From Lingula anatina (taxonomy: Eukaryota > Animalia > Brachiopoda), in the NCBI GenBank assembly GCA_051362555.1, contig CM120646.1, positions 4,340,001 through 4,404,000 of the forward strand: a stretch of DNA of 64,000 bases, written 5' to 3'. The notes under the pieces were generated by a model. That model had not been told where the DNA came from. It saw only the letters and a program-made list of their open reading frames with translations, and searched no databases. The translations under genes and the position numbers were made by a program. Shown here piece after piece: positions 27,165-40,600 of this stretch. Every line of letters starts with the position of its first letter. The stretch's first letter is position 1.

Positions 27165-30100
27165 TTATAATACCACGTCACATGACACCAGGAGCGACTG
27201 CAATGCCTTGGCATATGCTGTAAACAGAATAATGGACATAAACAACAAATGACAATTTCTCCTGATAAAGAATTTAAATTAAATTAAATTAAACATACAA
27301 CCCTTATCACATATGCTAGATTCTATGTTATTTTAACACTCTAGGGCTGGGAAATTTTGTTGGAGTTACATTCAGATTCAAGGCAATTTACATATCAGTT
27401 CTAGCTGATATCAAAGAAAAAAATTCATCCCAGAAGATGACATCCCCTGCATATTTTCCTGTAAGTTTTTATATAAACTGTGTCTATAATTGTCATAAGC
27501 ACTTCTCTTTGGTTATTACTAACAACAGATTTGAAAACATAATTTATTTTTATATAAAGCTGTAAGCATTTTTTGTCTTGTTTAAAGAATCCCCATTCTT
27601 TGCATAAGAGACAGTTGTAAGCACATTCAAATGAATGTATGAACACTACAATCAAAAGTTCTTCCTACCTTTTGGGTTTTTATAGAACACACAGTTGTTA
27701 GCACAGGTGTCTGGGTGAGTGTCCCACACAGTTTCCCCACAGCAACACAGTGGGGGGAGAACAATGCCACGCCTCTCTATCTTCTCCTTTATACTGCGCT
27801 TCAATGCTTCCAGGTATCTGAAAACAATTACAGAATCATGATAATTATTTCATCTCTCAATCCTCTTATTAAATATAAGTTTCTATTCTTTGAGTCATGA
27901 TAAATGTAACATGCTCTCTGATTCTGGAGGAATTTTTTAAAATTCTTTTTAAAATAATAAAATTCTGATAAATACAATAATTCTCTGTTCAAAATAATAT
28001 AAAATTGACATTCAAGGAAGACACAGAGAGGTTTTTTCTTTATTTTAAAGGCAATTTACCTAAACAAATTATCCAAAAGTATGTGGTGTCTGTGATGAGT
28101 TTTCTAGCAATGCATATTTTAAATTATTTATATATTTATCTATAATAAAACCATCACCTGTTCATTTCTCTCTGTTTCTGCTTGTGTCTGCTGATCTGCT
28201 CCAGAGCTTCCTGGGCCTGTCTCTCCATCTCCACCTCTCTCCTGAAGGCTTCCTCTTGTGTCTCACCTGCAATTACAGTCAGTTTTAATATTTCTCAACT
28301 AAAACTTATTCTTAAAGGGAAATTTGTGTACAGTACTGCACAAAAACATGAACCATTAACTGCAATTTAAAACTCTACAACATGCAATGTCATGTATTTG
28401 TATAATCCCTTCTTGTTACTGGATCCTCAGGCTCTTTTACATAAGAACACGTTTGAACTTGTATAGTATGTACCTGTGACTGGATCTTTGGGCTCTATGA
28501 GGTAGTAAGACCTATTCTCTTCTCTCCGTCTACTTTCTTCTTTCTCTTTCTTTAACCTGTAAGATATAATAAACTTGAGATCTGAATCAATGGTACAAGA
28601 CAAAATATTACATAGTCGGTGAGGTGATGTGTCACATCCCACAAATGTCTCTATCATAGAAAGTTTTCTTAATCATACTTGTTAACTGAAGTTAGTCTTA
28701 TCAAATAAGAGAGTTGATAATTAAAATATTTCAAAGTTTGGCAATGTTTTCCCTAGTAGATATATATGAAAGTTTTGAGATAAAGATGATGAGAACATCT
28801 CAAAACCAAACAATGCGCCAGCAAGTAAATGTGCATTAAAGGAAATAAGATCACTAGTTTACAGAGCCTACAAATTTAAACACATTTACAAGTGATGCTC
28901 AATACAGTATTGTTATAATAAAATGGATCAGTAGACAGACAGCATGTTCCCCTACTTTGCTATTTTAACCCTGTGTTCTTTCCTCCTGAGATTCTCCTTC
29001 ACTTGCTCCCTCTCTATGTCCATGAAGAGCCTCCTGTACATGGCTCTCTGTGTCACTGCTCTCTTCTTGTCCTCCTCGGACAAAACTCCGGGGTAAATAT
29101 TGGGGACATTTCTGTGGATGTCGCTGCCTGAGATCTGTGTTACTGGAACAGGATATAAATATTGCTGGCTAGATATAATTTAGAATGTCTGTGCTTGATA
29201 AAGATGCACTTGATAAATTTTGTCACACAAGAACACATGCAGGCACATGCCCACACTGTAGACCTTGCTTATAACATTCTAATTTGGACCAGCTATTTCT
29301 GTCTGTTGTGTGCAAAGTCTATAACATTTTTGTAAACCACTCTTTGTTGGTAGAAAGACCCAAGCCTTCCAGATTCTGTATGTTATATGCCAGTGTCCAG
29401 TTAATGTGACAGCATTAAATGTTTCAAGTCTTCTGGATATATACACCATGTCTATATCCCAAATAATTGACCGTCAAAACTTTTTCAACTTCACTACACT
29501 ACTTACCACTTTTTCTACCTATTCTGTCTTTCCTAGTTTCTTCTGTTGGCTGTTGAAGATCAAAGCGTACCAGCTTGCCACGCAGGGGGTCTGGGGACTG
29601 CGCTAAATGGAGGATACATAGAATTTAATGTGTGGATGGATAGTTTAGAATAAAAGCTGTTATTTTTTTGTACAAACCAAGGGCTGTCAGCCAAATAATT
29701 TTATGGGGGTACTTTTATTCGGAATTGAAGAAATTTTGATACATTAGTGTCCAAGGTCATTTTAAATATCATAAAACTCCCAAAAATTTCAACATTTTGT
29801 AAGCCTCTGTTAGTGATGAGTCTGTTTGTAATTCTCTTAACACATGACACTTCAACAACCAGTGACTACCATAAAGCTACTGATAAATATTTAATATAAA
29901 TAAGGGTAATAATGTGTTTTATTCATTTTATCATATACCTCTATCTGGCTCTGGTATTTCGCCATACTCCACAAACTCATCCTCGTCTTCCTCTATGTCA
30001 AATACTTCAGGTGGTATAGTACTTCTTGTGGCTGGGTGCTACAATATATGTGAAAATAACAATAAAAATAATGCTTTTATATATAAAATATTATCCAACA

Positions 30101-32561
30101 GATACATCCCCTGATGGACTGGCATTAATTATTTGTAATGAAGCCACTTAGGTTAGATTTACAAAAAAATATTCCAATCACTTTGCACTTTACTTTGGAG
30201 TTCATGATAAGATCAAAATCTTATCTATAGACAGATGTGTGTCTTACATTGACCTATATTTCTATTAGATACAAAATCTGCCTACAGCTTATTCAGGCAG
30301 AATCCAGATAAAGAGCGATCCACAATCTCCAATGGCAATGTAAATGCACCATAAGTTTGATCTAGTAACTATATTAAAACCCCACAAAGGTAGACCCATC
30401 TCCAATGTAAACAGGCCCCACATTAGCCCTAACTTACATCCAGTGTAGATGACACCTTCCACACTCCCCCAGGGAGGTCATCAGGTACAAACTGCTCTGT
30501 GATCACCTTCCTAGAGCTGAGCTGTCTCCTGGCCTGCCTGTTGTACTTGTGGACTTGGTGGAGCTGCTCTTCAAAGGCGTCTCCTCCCGCCCCTGGGGTC
30601 CTGATCACTCCACCTACAGGTATTCAGTGATACTAATATGTTATCAAAAATATATACAGTGACAACCAAAATGTCCAAAATCAACCTGAAAAATGCACTT
30701 TGAAGTTAATTTATGTCAACATACATTGTTAACTTTTGGTATCTGTGAACTCCAGCAAAGTTTTTAGCGATCTGTTGATTTGTTTATTCAATTGGGATTG
30801 GTTTCTTCATAAATTACCAAAAAATTGATGTTTGGTATAAGAGTTGAACTTGAACTTACACATTCGCAGTGATTTAAAATATGAATGAAGCTTTTACTGC
30901 AAGACACACTACTATGAGTATGAACTTGAATGACCAGATCTGTCTATTCATCACTGGTTCATAAGAGTCAATGCACACTTGTAAAATAAATAAGCCACTT
31001 ATATGCCCTACAAAAGTCAGCAAACTTTGCACAGTTTGCCGGACATGCAGAAACTGTCGGTCCGATCGGTCATGCCTGGGAAAATTTTTCTGGATCGGTA
31101 AAAAATTGGACTTGGTCGGTCCAAAGGACTGACAATAGTTTTAAGAACCACAATTTTGAATTTACATTCATCATTCGACATGCCTCAATAATAGAATTAT
31201 ATAAAACCCAAAGCATTTTTCCCCTACATTTCAAACCTGTCACATTCACAAACAAAGTAAGCTACCTAATCGTACTGGTAGTATCTGTCTCAAACAAATA
31301 GGGTGATTTTCGGTCCGACAAAATCCATTCCGTCCGGCAAATTTTTCATTACTGCTGGTCCAAATGTCCGGCCATTCTGAAAAGTTTTCAGCATGTCTGT
31401 TTGGTATCACACAAACACTGATAAATGGGAACCTGCATGAACAGGACTCATAAACTCCAGATTCCAGACAGCACATGGTTTAAGTCAGTGATACATGGTT
31501 ATCCTATTACAGTCATTAATGTTCATACATTATATTTTCTATACCCAGACACTATAGTCATCATTTCTCCTCACCTTGTGTAGACAAAGCTGGCTTCATG
31601 TTAATCCTCAGGTGTCCCTCATCTCTCACTGAGCACCTGTCTTTTCTGGGTGTGTGACGCTCTGCTGCAAATGTGCTCTGTTTAACAATGTCACTCTCCA
31701 GCTCCACCTGTAATAAGTAAATACAGCACTGTAGTAATATTGTTGGTTTATGGTGTGCTAGTATTAGTAACCGATCTTAAAGAGCACTGATTCTAGAAAG
31801 GCGATTCATTCTAGGGAACTTTCACTATATTGATATAATACTATTTCCTGCTCTGTAAAAAATAGGGTAAAAAAATTCAGAAGCATAATTCTGTGAAAAT
31901 TTCTACTTATATACAAATTAGGTTTCCAAAACCAAAACTTTCATCTTTAAGAAAAAGAAAGGAACTTCAATCCTTACAGCCACTGAAGATTTCTCCAACT
32001 GTTGTTGTCTTTTCAGTTTGTTCAGAGTTCGTACTCTGTTACGGACATCATTCTGGAACCGGCGTAGTCTTTCTTCCTTCTCTCGAAGTTTCCTCTCCAT
32101 CCTGTGTTGTTCAACCTCTGCAGATACCTGTTGATGCACATTTATCATTAATTTTGTGCAAAGAAATTTTCATTCAATATGACACCAGTGATTTATTATA
32201 TATAAAATTTAAGGTATAGAACAAAGTCAGGATAAGTTTGCACAAATGTAAAGCCTTATTCTGCTCTTTACGTACAAAGGATAGGCAAGGCATTACACCG
32301 AGACAACAGTTATTATGCCCAAGGGGAGCTTGCAGGTTTGCATGTGTTATGCATGTAGGCTACATCATGTAAATGAGCACTGAATTACTAGTATTTATTA
32401 ATCAAAATAATTACCACGGCTTCAGAGTGATGTCCATAATATGCTGTCTCCGGTTGAACCCAAGCTCCAACTGCCCGTATTTCTTTCGATCGTTGTCCAA
32501 ATTGATTGGAATCGTGTAATTTTAAACCTTTCATGTTACTGTTTACATTCCGCTGCAACAT
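27165..32561 (-). CDS. CCDC15: Coiled-coil domain protein 15 (centriolar), about 11 exons
   Basis: N-terminal RSKEIRAVGAWVQP and LRRFQNDVRNRV; C-terminal RYLEALK..LPPLCCCGETVWDTHPDTCANNCVFYKNPKAYAKALQS; some middle exon edges are approximate. Confidence 0.9.
31040..31399. mobile_element. MITE-like element in a CCDC15 intron
   Basis: Ends CGGACATGCAGAAACT / AGTTTTCAGCATGTCTG, internal GGTCCG repeats, CpG-rich relative to the surrounding gene body. Confidence 0.6.
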
Positions 32562-33118
32562 TTTGTATATTTTCAAACCGACCGCGATACGGTATACCGT
32601 AAATTAGTACTTACGTTTTACGACAACAAAAAAACACTCACTTCCGTATTCATGTAGATTTTATTCCAATTTATACCAATTGTCTCCAACAAACTTTAAT
32701 TACAATCATTTTAAGCAAACATGCAACACAATAAGATAGTTAAATTTAATGTGTCATGATGAAGTATGCTGACCTGGTTTTGCAGCATTGGTTGGTGCTT
32801 TTCAAGGTGAAGGTGAACTATACAGAATCTGGTAATGTATTTCAGTCTATTCTGCTGTTGAAATGCACATGGTTTAAACAATGCTACACTTCCGTAATGT
32901 GCATAATCATTAGTCAGTGGTACATTGGTGTCTTAAATAATTTAATTCCATTATTTCCCTGAGTAGAATCTATGTACCTTGAAGTTGAGGAAAATATCCC
33001 TTACTTCTGTACTGTACCCTAGTCCTTTTGAGTGTGAGGCTTTGTTAGTCTTCCAGAAGATACTCGCAGTCATAGCCTCGGCTGTTATTTTAAAACATCG
33101 CTATTTTACATCATTTAG
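32562..33118. promoter_or_regulatory. Bidirectional promoter region CCDC15/TBRG1
   Basis: Start codons about 570 bp apart; ETS-like CACTTCCGT at ~32638 and ~32887. Confidence 0.55.
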
Positions 33119-33128
33119 ATTGAAAACA

Positions 33129-36100
33129 ATGCATCAACAACAGCCGTTGCCTGGTGCCAATGCAGTTAACCCAGCTGTGGCAATGCAGCAGTATTTACCA
33201 ATGAGTGACCCACAACAACAGCAACAGTAGGTGTATGGATGACATTAATTTATAAATAAAAATGATTTTTAAAAATTATATGAAGCTTCTTAGACAGTGT
33301 ATTTAGACAACATCTAGATTTAAATATTATTACCATTATTATTAAACTCATTTTTGTTCATAATTTATGTCAAAGTCACAGAGGGGAATGTTTGATTTTC
33401 CTTATTTGTTTTGTATTGTTATTTATATCCATTTAAAAGATATTATATTTTAGCAGTAGTTAATTTTTGATGAACGAAGGTCCACCAGAAAGAATACCTT
33501 CTCCAATCCTCTGCTTCCACTACCCCCAGGTCCTTTCTACCTTGCATGCTTGAAACAGTTTACTTTTTTCTTTTTATCATTTCAGGCCTAAGCAGACCCC
33601 AGCAGAACAACAAGTGAGTCCTTTACTTGCCGCACCACAGCCCCTGGCTTCCCCCATGTCTACAAATCATGTACCACAGTACAGCCCTGAGACCAATGCC
33701 AAGTATAAACTGAAGTACAAGAGACTGAGAAAAGTTGTGAAACAAGTGATGTTTGTAAGGATTATTTTATAATTATTATTATTATCAATTATTGAAAGTA
33801 GAAAGAGCCCTTTATATTTTATATTCAGAAAATGCTTAGAAACTCAATTTATTTGCCAATACACTACACTATGATGGTCCTGAGCTACTATTGAGTTGTT
33901 TAAATCATGATATTATTTGGATCATTTCTTTAATTCGATTACTAAAATTATAACTGATCAGAATCAGACGGCTCGATTATTTCTTAACTGAGACTGTGTA
34001 CATTCTTATATAAACTATATGTGATATAAGGTTTATATTTTGAATGTTTGCATTGCATTACTCTTGAACAGATACATAGTGCATTGTATGCTATTTTCAA
34101 TAACTTTTCAATTTCATTTATTTTTGGTTAGTGGTGTCTCATGCGATGTACAGGGCAGGAGCATTTCAAGTATAATTTCAGTATATTATCATGTATATAC
34201 ATATGATGCTATTTCAGTTGAATGCAGCTCTGTGTGATGAAGTGGTCAAGGCAGAGGAAAGGGTCATCAGGTCCAGAGAAGAGAGAAGGTAAGGTGGACA
34301 GGGCAAGTAATGCTCAATTTTGAAATTGTTTAAAATTCTTCAATTTACAAGACTTGTTACAATCACTGTTAAGTAGTAAGTATAAGTTTGTTAAACATTT
34401 GACAGATATACACATTCATAATTGTATCTAGCTATCTAGTCAAGCCCTGGGTTAGGATGACAATTTTATATATGATGCTGGAAGCGTCTTCCAAGTATAG
34501 CATTGGTGTTGGGCTTACTTATGCCCTGGTTTGTGTCATCCATCTTAGACTAAAGAAAACTGTTCACAGTTGAAAGGCTGTATAATTCTTTTGCTAGGTT
34601 TCTCCTGAAGAAGCTGTTCCAGTATCAGACATTATCAGATGCGACATCAAGAGTTGGAGGAGGACACTCACGTGCCAAGCCCCCCAGTATTAGCCCCATC
34701 TTCAACAGTGGACCCTCTTCAGTAACACCCCAGGGCATGCTGGGTAGTGATACACCCAAGGTCAAGGTCAAGAAAGAAGTAAAGAAGAAGGAAGTGAATT
34801 CTACAGGTGGGGTGCACACATAGTAGACTCTACATAACAGGGATACCTTAGGACCTTAAATCTGATCAGACAATTTATACTGAGATACCAGTTTTTAGTT
34901 GATGTTCATATAAGTTTCAGTCATTAACAAACTGGAATTATATGGTATCAAAAGGAAAAGTTTACTTTATTTGTCAAATATATTGCCATGGTTTGTTCTG
35001 TCACAGGAGTTAGATATAAATATTAAGAAGAAACTTATGAAGGATGGGTCAAGTGAACTTTGGATCAGGGTCAGATTAGTTAAAACTTTATTTTCTGTCC
35101 GTTTCAGAGGTCACAAAAGGAAAGAGTAAGAAACCCAAGCCACCAGCTCCCAAACTTATACAGCCCATCCCCTCTGACTCCAGTGGTAGACCTATATTTC
35201 CCATAGAGCTGGGCACATTGACTGTATACAGTATAGGAGAGGTGAGTGTTTAGTTTAGAGGAAGATCCTATATTCCCTATAGAGCTGGGCACATTAACTG
35301 TATACAGTATAGGAGAGGTGAGTGTTTAGATTAGAGGAAGATCCTATATTCCCTATAGAGCTGGGCACATTAACTGTACACAGTATAGGAGAGGTGAGTG
35401 TTTAGATAAGAGGAAGACCCTATATTCCCTGTAGAACTGGGCACATTGACTGTATACAGTATAGGAGAGGTGAGTGTTTAGATAAGAGGAAGATCCTATA
35501 TTCCCCATAGAACAGAGAGGTGAGTGGTTAGATAATTAGTGGTAGATCAATAGAACAAGTTTTCTTAAGTTACTTCTGTCAACCTCTATAAAACCAGAGT
35601 TGTATTCATATTCCAGGTTGTCTGTGATAGAGCAGGTTATCACTCCAATGACTACATATACCCAGTGGGGTTCTGTACCACTAGACTCTACGCCAGCCTG
35701 GATGATCCTCTAAAACAATGTATCTACACGTGCAAAATTACAGACAATGGACCCAAACCAAAGGTAGGTTTTACTGTCTTTGATAGCTGTATAATTATGT
35801 TTTGAAAACTGAAAATGTTAAATTTAGGGGTCTAAATATTCATGTATATCAGGGCAGTTTTTAGATTAAAGTGATTTGGTTAAAATGTCACCGTTTATCT
35901 ATAAATCCTTTTATTTATATAGTATTTTTCATGTAGACTTGTTTGCTACTTAAATACAAATAAAATGCACCTTCATGCTGCATGTAGGGTTATTTATATT
36001 TTAATGGGTTAAAAATATCAATATGGTAATTGAATGTCATATAAACAAAGGTCAACAAGTGCTCTTTTTTTCCCAAGTTTGAGATCTGCCCTGATGACAA

Positions 36101-37067
36101 CCCTTCTGTAGTGTTTGCCTCTGACTCTGCCTCAGAGTGTCACAGAATGTTACTGGAGAGAATACGGAGGATTAGGTGAGTACTCAGGCAAGAGAGATGC
36201 AAGAATGTTATTGCTATGTGAACACATTTGTTACTCTTTAATTATTCATTTTTTTTTCCTCAACAGACATTAAAAATGTGATTTAACAAGTCACAATAAA
36301 CTGTTGAATACAACATTTTCTGTTTCACAGTGGGGTAGACTTGGTGGAAGCCAAAGGCAAAGGACCAGATTTCTTTGGGTTTTCCCATCCCACCATTCAG
36401 AACCTTATCCAGAACTGTCCCGGGGTGAAGAAATGCATCAGCTATCATTGGGTAAAATTTGAACTGTGCAAGATGCTGCCAGAGTCGGGAGAGCTGACTG
36501 TGCCCAGTGAAAATGATGCATCTATAAGCTTTGAGGCTCTCAAGAAGTCCCCCATGTTCAGACAGTGTAAGTATGATGGGGCACTTCCCTTGATGTATCC
36601 ATATGCTTCCAAGCCTCCTGGAATTTTTAAATGGCCTCATAATTGTACTATAAGCTTATATTCATGGGTGGTGCTTGGAATTTGCTCATATATGTCCGAT
36701 CATTGCACTTCCTTTTGTTCTAATACAAATAGATTTTTACTTTAAAATATTGTTTGATACTGTATAGCGCCAAAAATGAATCTGTTATTAGCACTATTAT
36801 TTATTTATTTTCTGAGTAAATGCCTTGACTTTGATATGGCAGCAGTTTTATATGATTAAAAATTATCCAACCTGCTAGATATCAAACCAAGGGCATAATT
36901 GTAAAAGTTGAAAATAAAAAGTTTATAAAATTCTGATTAAAATATCCATGTTGAAGCAAACCAATCCCACATTGATATTCATTTCTTTTCCAGTGGTTTC
37001 CCAGCGAGAGCAGCATGAAGGAGCAGAGTCCAGTGCTCATCTCAGGTCCTTGTTATCTAAACACTAA
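33129..37067 (+). CDS. TBRG1: TGF-beta regulator 1 (FYRN/FYRC domain); exons approx 33129-33226, 33586-33754, 34218-34288, 34598-34806, 35108-35241, 35617-35763, 36078-36175, 36331-36566, 36994-37067
   Basis: KYKLKYKRLRKVVKQVMF-LNAALCDEV..EERRFLLKKLFQYQ; GRPIFPIELGTLTVYSIGEV; YIYPVGFCTTRLYAS; GPDFFGFSHPTIQNLIQNCPG. Confidence 0.93.
35190..35535 (+). repeat. 76-bp tandem repeat (about 4.5 copies) of a TBRG1 exon end plus donor
   Basis: cctatattccctatagagctgggcacatt..cagtataggagag|gtgagtgtttag repeated. Confidence 0.92.
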
Positions 37068-37650
37068 GACACTGGATCCTATGTCCTTAAGAAAGCTTTG
37101 AGATCAGTTAAGGTCCTTGTTATCTAAACACCATGACACTAGACATGGATGTCCTACAGAAGGATTGGTGATCTAAGCACTTGGGCCCTAAACAGCGGCA
37201 TCCTTTGTGGAGAGATAAGTCATCAGTTCGGATCTTTGCCAGCTAAGCTGAACAAAATAGACTCTTACCAGACTTGCTGAAACTGTCTGTCCTGCTGGTC
37301 ATGACTGATAAAATTTTCAAGTCAAGGAACGATGGAAATATTGTGTTCAGTTGATCAAAGGGACCATTGACAATTTTAGAGCAGCAATATTGGATTAACA
37401 GTCACCATGTTACTCACTTCATGAGTAATATTCAACATGGCAAATAACCCTTCAGTCTAGCAAATTTTCCATAACTGTCAGTCCGAATGTCCAACTGGTT
37501 TACAAAGTTTTCTGAATATGTGCTATAAAATGTAGCATTTATCCCAGACAGATACATTCTTATATATAAAAAACATTGCGTGGCCTGGGGAGAAGAAAAG
37601 TATGCACTCCTGGTATATATATAAATATTGACTGGATACACTGGTATTGT

Positions 37651-40600
37651 CTAGTGGTTCTGGCTGGTTGATTTAGCCCTAAGATCTGCTATGTACTGGT
37701 ATTTAGGAGCTAACTTGCCATTGGTAGCTATCACAGCCTGAAATGAAATGTGTACAGATAGTAGATTGTTATGAATTGAAATTACTGTCTCTCTTATGTT
37801 GCTTTGGTACAACTTAAAAACAGTCGTTAAACATGTCCAGTGCAAGCCAAGACAAGAGTGAAATGACATCTGTTTTGAACAAATACTTCATTGTGTTTCT
37901 TTGCCAAAATAAATAAATAATGTCTGTATGGCAAACTTGTACGGATTACTTACATTTTCCAATGCTGGGCAAACAGCCTTCTGATACTCTTCAAAAGTAG
38001 AGTTGGCATCCGTTTTCACCTACAGATATTACATTTATAAGTTAATATGCAGTATATCAGTGCAGTATGATATGCTTTGAAATACATTAGAACAGCTGAA
38101 TTAAAACACATTACATCTCAGTTGCGTTATCTTTCAAGGGAACCAGGCGAATTTTTAAAAAACTTTACCATTGCTCTTCCTGTACATGTTGAATTTTCCA
38201 AAATTTGTACTGAGATGAACATTTCAGTTATAATAATGAAAAGAGCAGACAAAAATGACTGGAGTAAATTTTGGTTGGATAATTACAAGAACTGGTGCAC
38301 TGCTCCTAAAATTCTAACTTACAAGTTCTTTAAGATACGGCAAATAGAGCTCGCCGAAGTAGTCGGTGGCGTCTCTTGGGAACTGAGCTGGCATGTTGTC
38401 AACAGAACACATCAAGACGCCGTCAGCTGTCATGCTGGAAGTGGAAATTATTATAAAATGAAATATTTATATATTTGTGTCAACTGTAGGTGCCCTCTCT
38501 GACAGAATATATATATTTTTTGAAAAAAGCAAAAGTTCATATCTTGCTGTAATGCAGAAAGAAAATTCATTTTCAATGGGTTAACACGAGACCGCAAAAA
38601 AAAAAAAAAAAAAAGAAAATGAAAAAGTGGTCAATCACCTTGAAAATGGAAAATTTAAATGTAGATAAATTATAAAAGAAAAACAAAAAACATAACTATC
38701 TACTTCCAAGCATCTTAATCAATTTTTCTTACCCACTCTTGATTATCTGGCCATCTTGGTTATAGATACAGAAAGGTTCGTCTGCTGTGGTGCAGTACTT
38801 GGTCCACTGTATGGATCCATCTTCGTCTGCTGAGATGTCACATATTGCTAAAAGCTGACGCGGAAGAATTGGATCCTCTCCTATGTCAGTCAGATCTTGT
38901 GGAGCATTGGGGTCACGTGCCAAGAGGGTCTTTGCATCTGCATCAGTGAGGAGTCTGGGCTGTCCTGGCTGCCAGTACACACCATTTACTATACAAGAGG
39001 CATAGGGAGCCACCTGGTGGGCAAAAATAATCAATCATTAGCAAATCAATCAATCATTAGCAAATTCATTTCTAAATTTACATGTTCTTTTGAGGACAAA
39101 TTGAATGCTACCATATGTTAAACAGTAAATAATATGCAGAAAGACACACCTGTATCAATCTGTAACAGAAAAACTTTTTTAACCAAACTGCAAGGAAAGC
39201 AACCATCACCTTTGTACTTAATATTTACCTTTTTTATCTATCTGGCTACTGTTTGTTTAATTTTATCACTTACTTTCTTGGCAAAGTTGCTCTGGTAAAG
39301 CTCCGGATGTTGGTTGTATTCCTTTTCATCAAATCCTCCATCACTGATTCTACTCAAGTCGTCTGCTATGTCCACAATTGTGGCATAGAGTTTGGTCTTC
39401 TCTAAAAATATGGAAATTATATGCAAGTCAGTCACCTTTTGGCAATGACTTATCAGATAAAACAATAAAAGACTTCAATTTGACCTTAATTTTTTTCAGC
39501 GAGGGAGAAATGGTATACATCATTCATGTAAAGCTCAACACCCAACTCATGGAAGGACGGTTTAGTGCTCACATATACCAACCAGACAAAAGCAGAATCA
39601 TATTTGAAGCACAATTCAAAGCACAATTACATCTGAAGCTTTCACAGTCAGCATTAGGCAGAACAAAATCTCTTCACATTGTGACCTCTTGAATAATGAC
39701 TGCTCCCAGTGGATCTTCAATGAAAACAGTGTGCATATGATTAATAACTGCTCCCATGCATCAGTCATTCTGCTGAAATAAGAAAAAAAAGATATATAAA
39801 GGAAGTTATGTTCTGCTGATTAATCTTCATAAAAATACAACCTGGTAAAGGAAATAAAGATGAAAGCAATTTAACCCATTTAGACCATTTATCAATATCA
39901 ATTCAATAAACACTGGTTGTCACTAGGGGTGGGGTGGGTGTGTGATCTACCTGACAGTTATAAAAGGATCCTGCCCGCTATGCCACCTAGTGGTCAGTTA
40001 GTAACACCATGTATTCACAACAGTCTGATGAAGGCCTAACTGACCTGGTTGTCCAGAAGATATAAGACATAAGACAAGTTGCTCAGTCAAATTCTATCCC
40101 ACTTTAAAATTTGAAAATGAAGCTAGAAGCTGACCCTCATGGGATCTAAAACTATGGCTTATGAGTGATCATACAACAGTTTCGTAAAGAATATTAAAAC
40201 AGCTTCAACATTGCAGACACATAAGTACCTCCATGTTGTGCCACCTCTGGCAGTTTGTCTGGAGTTACAAACTCATGGGGCAGGTGCTTGAACATCTCCT
40301 GGGCACCCTGGAAATTCAGAAATGTTATTTGAGAAATAAATTCTACAGAGCAGAACAAATTCTGCACCAATATTTGGTGGGTGACCTTACAAAATAAAAA
40401 TATCTGTGTCCACAGTGATATAACTGTTTCATTTCCAATAAAAAGGTCCATTTACATTTAAATGAAACTGGTAACGATTCCCACAATGTAGATAATAAAT
40501 TCCTGTCAAGTTGTTCAGTTGAAATGTTCGAAGTTAATTTCTCAGTTTACAGTGATCTCTTACACTAAGAATGATTGACAACCCATTTAAATATTTTAAA

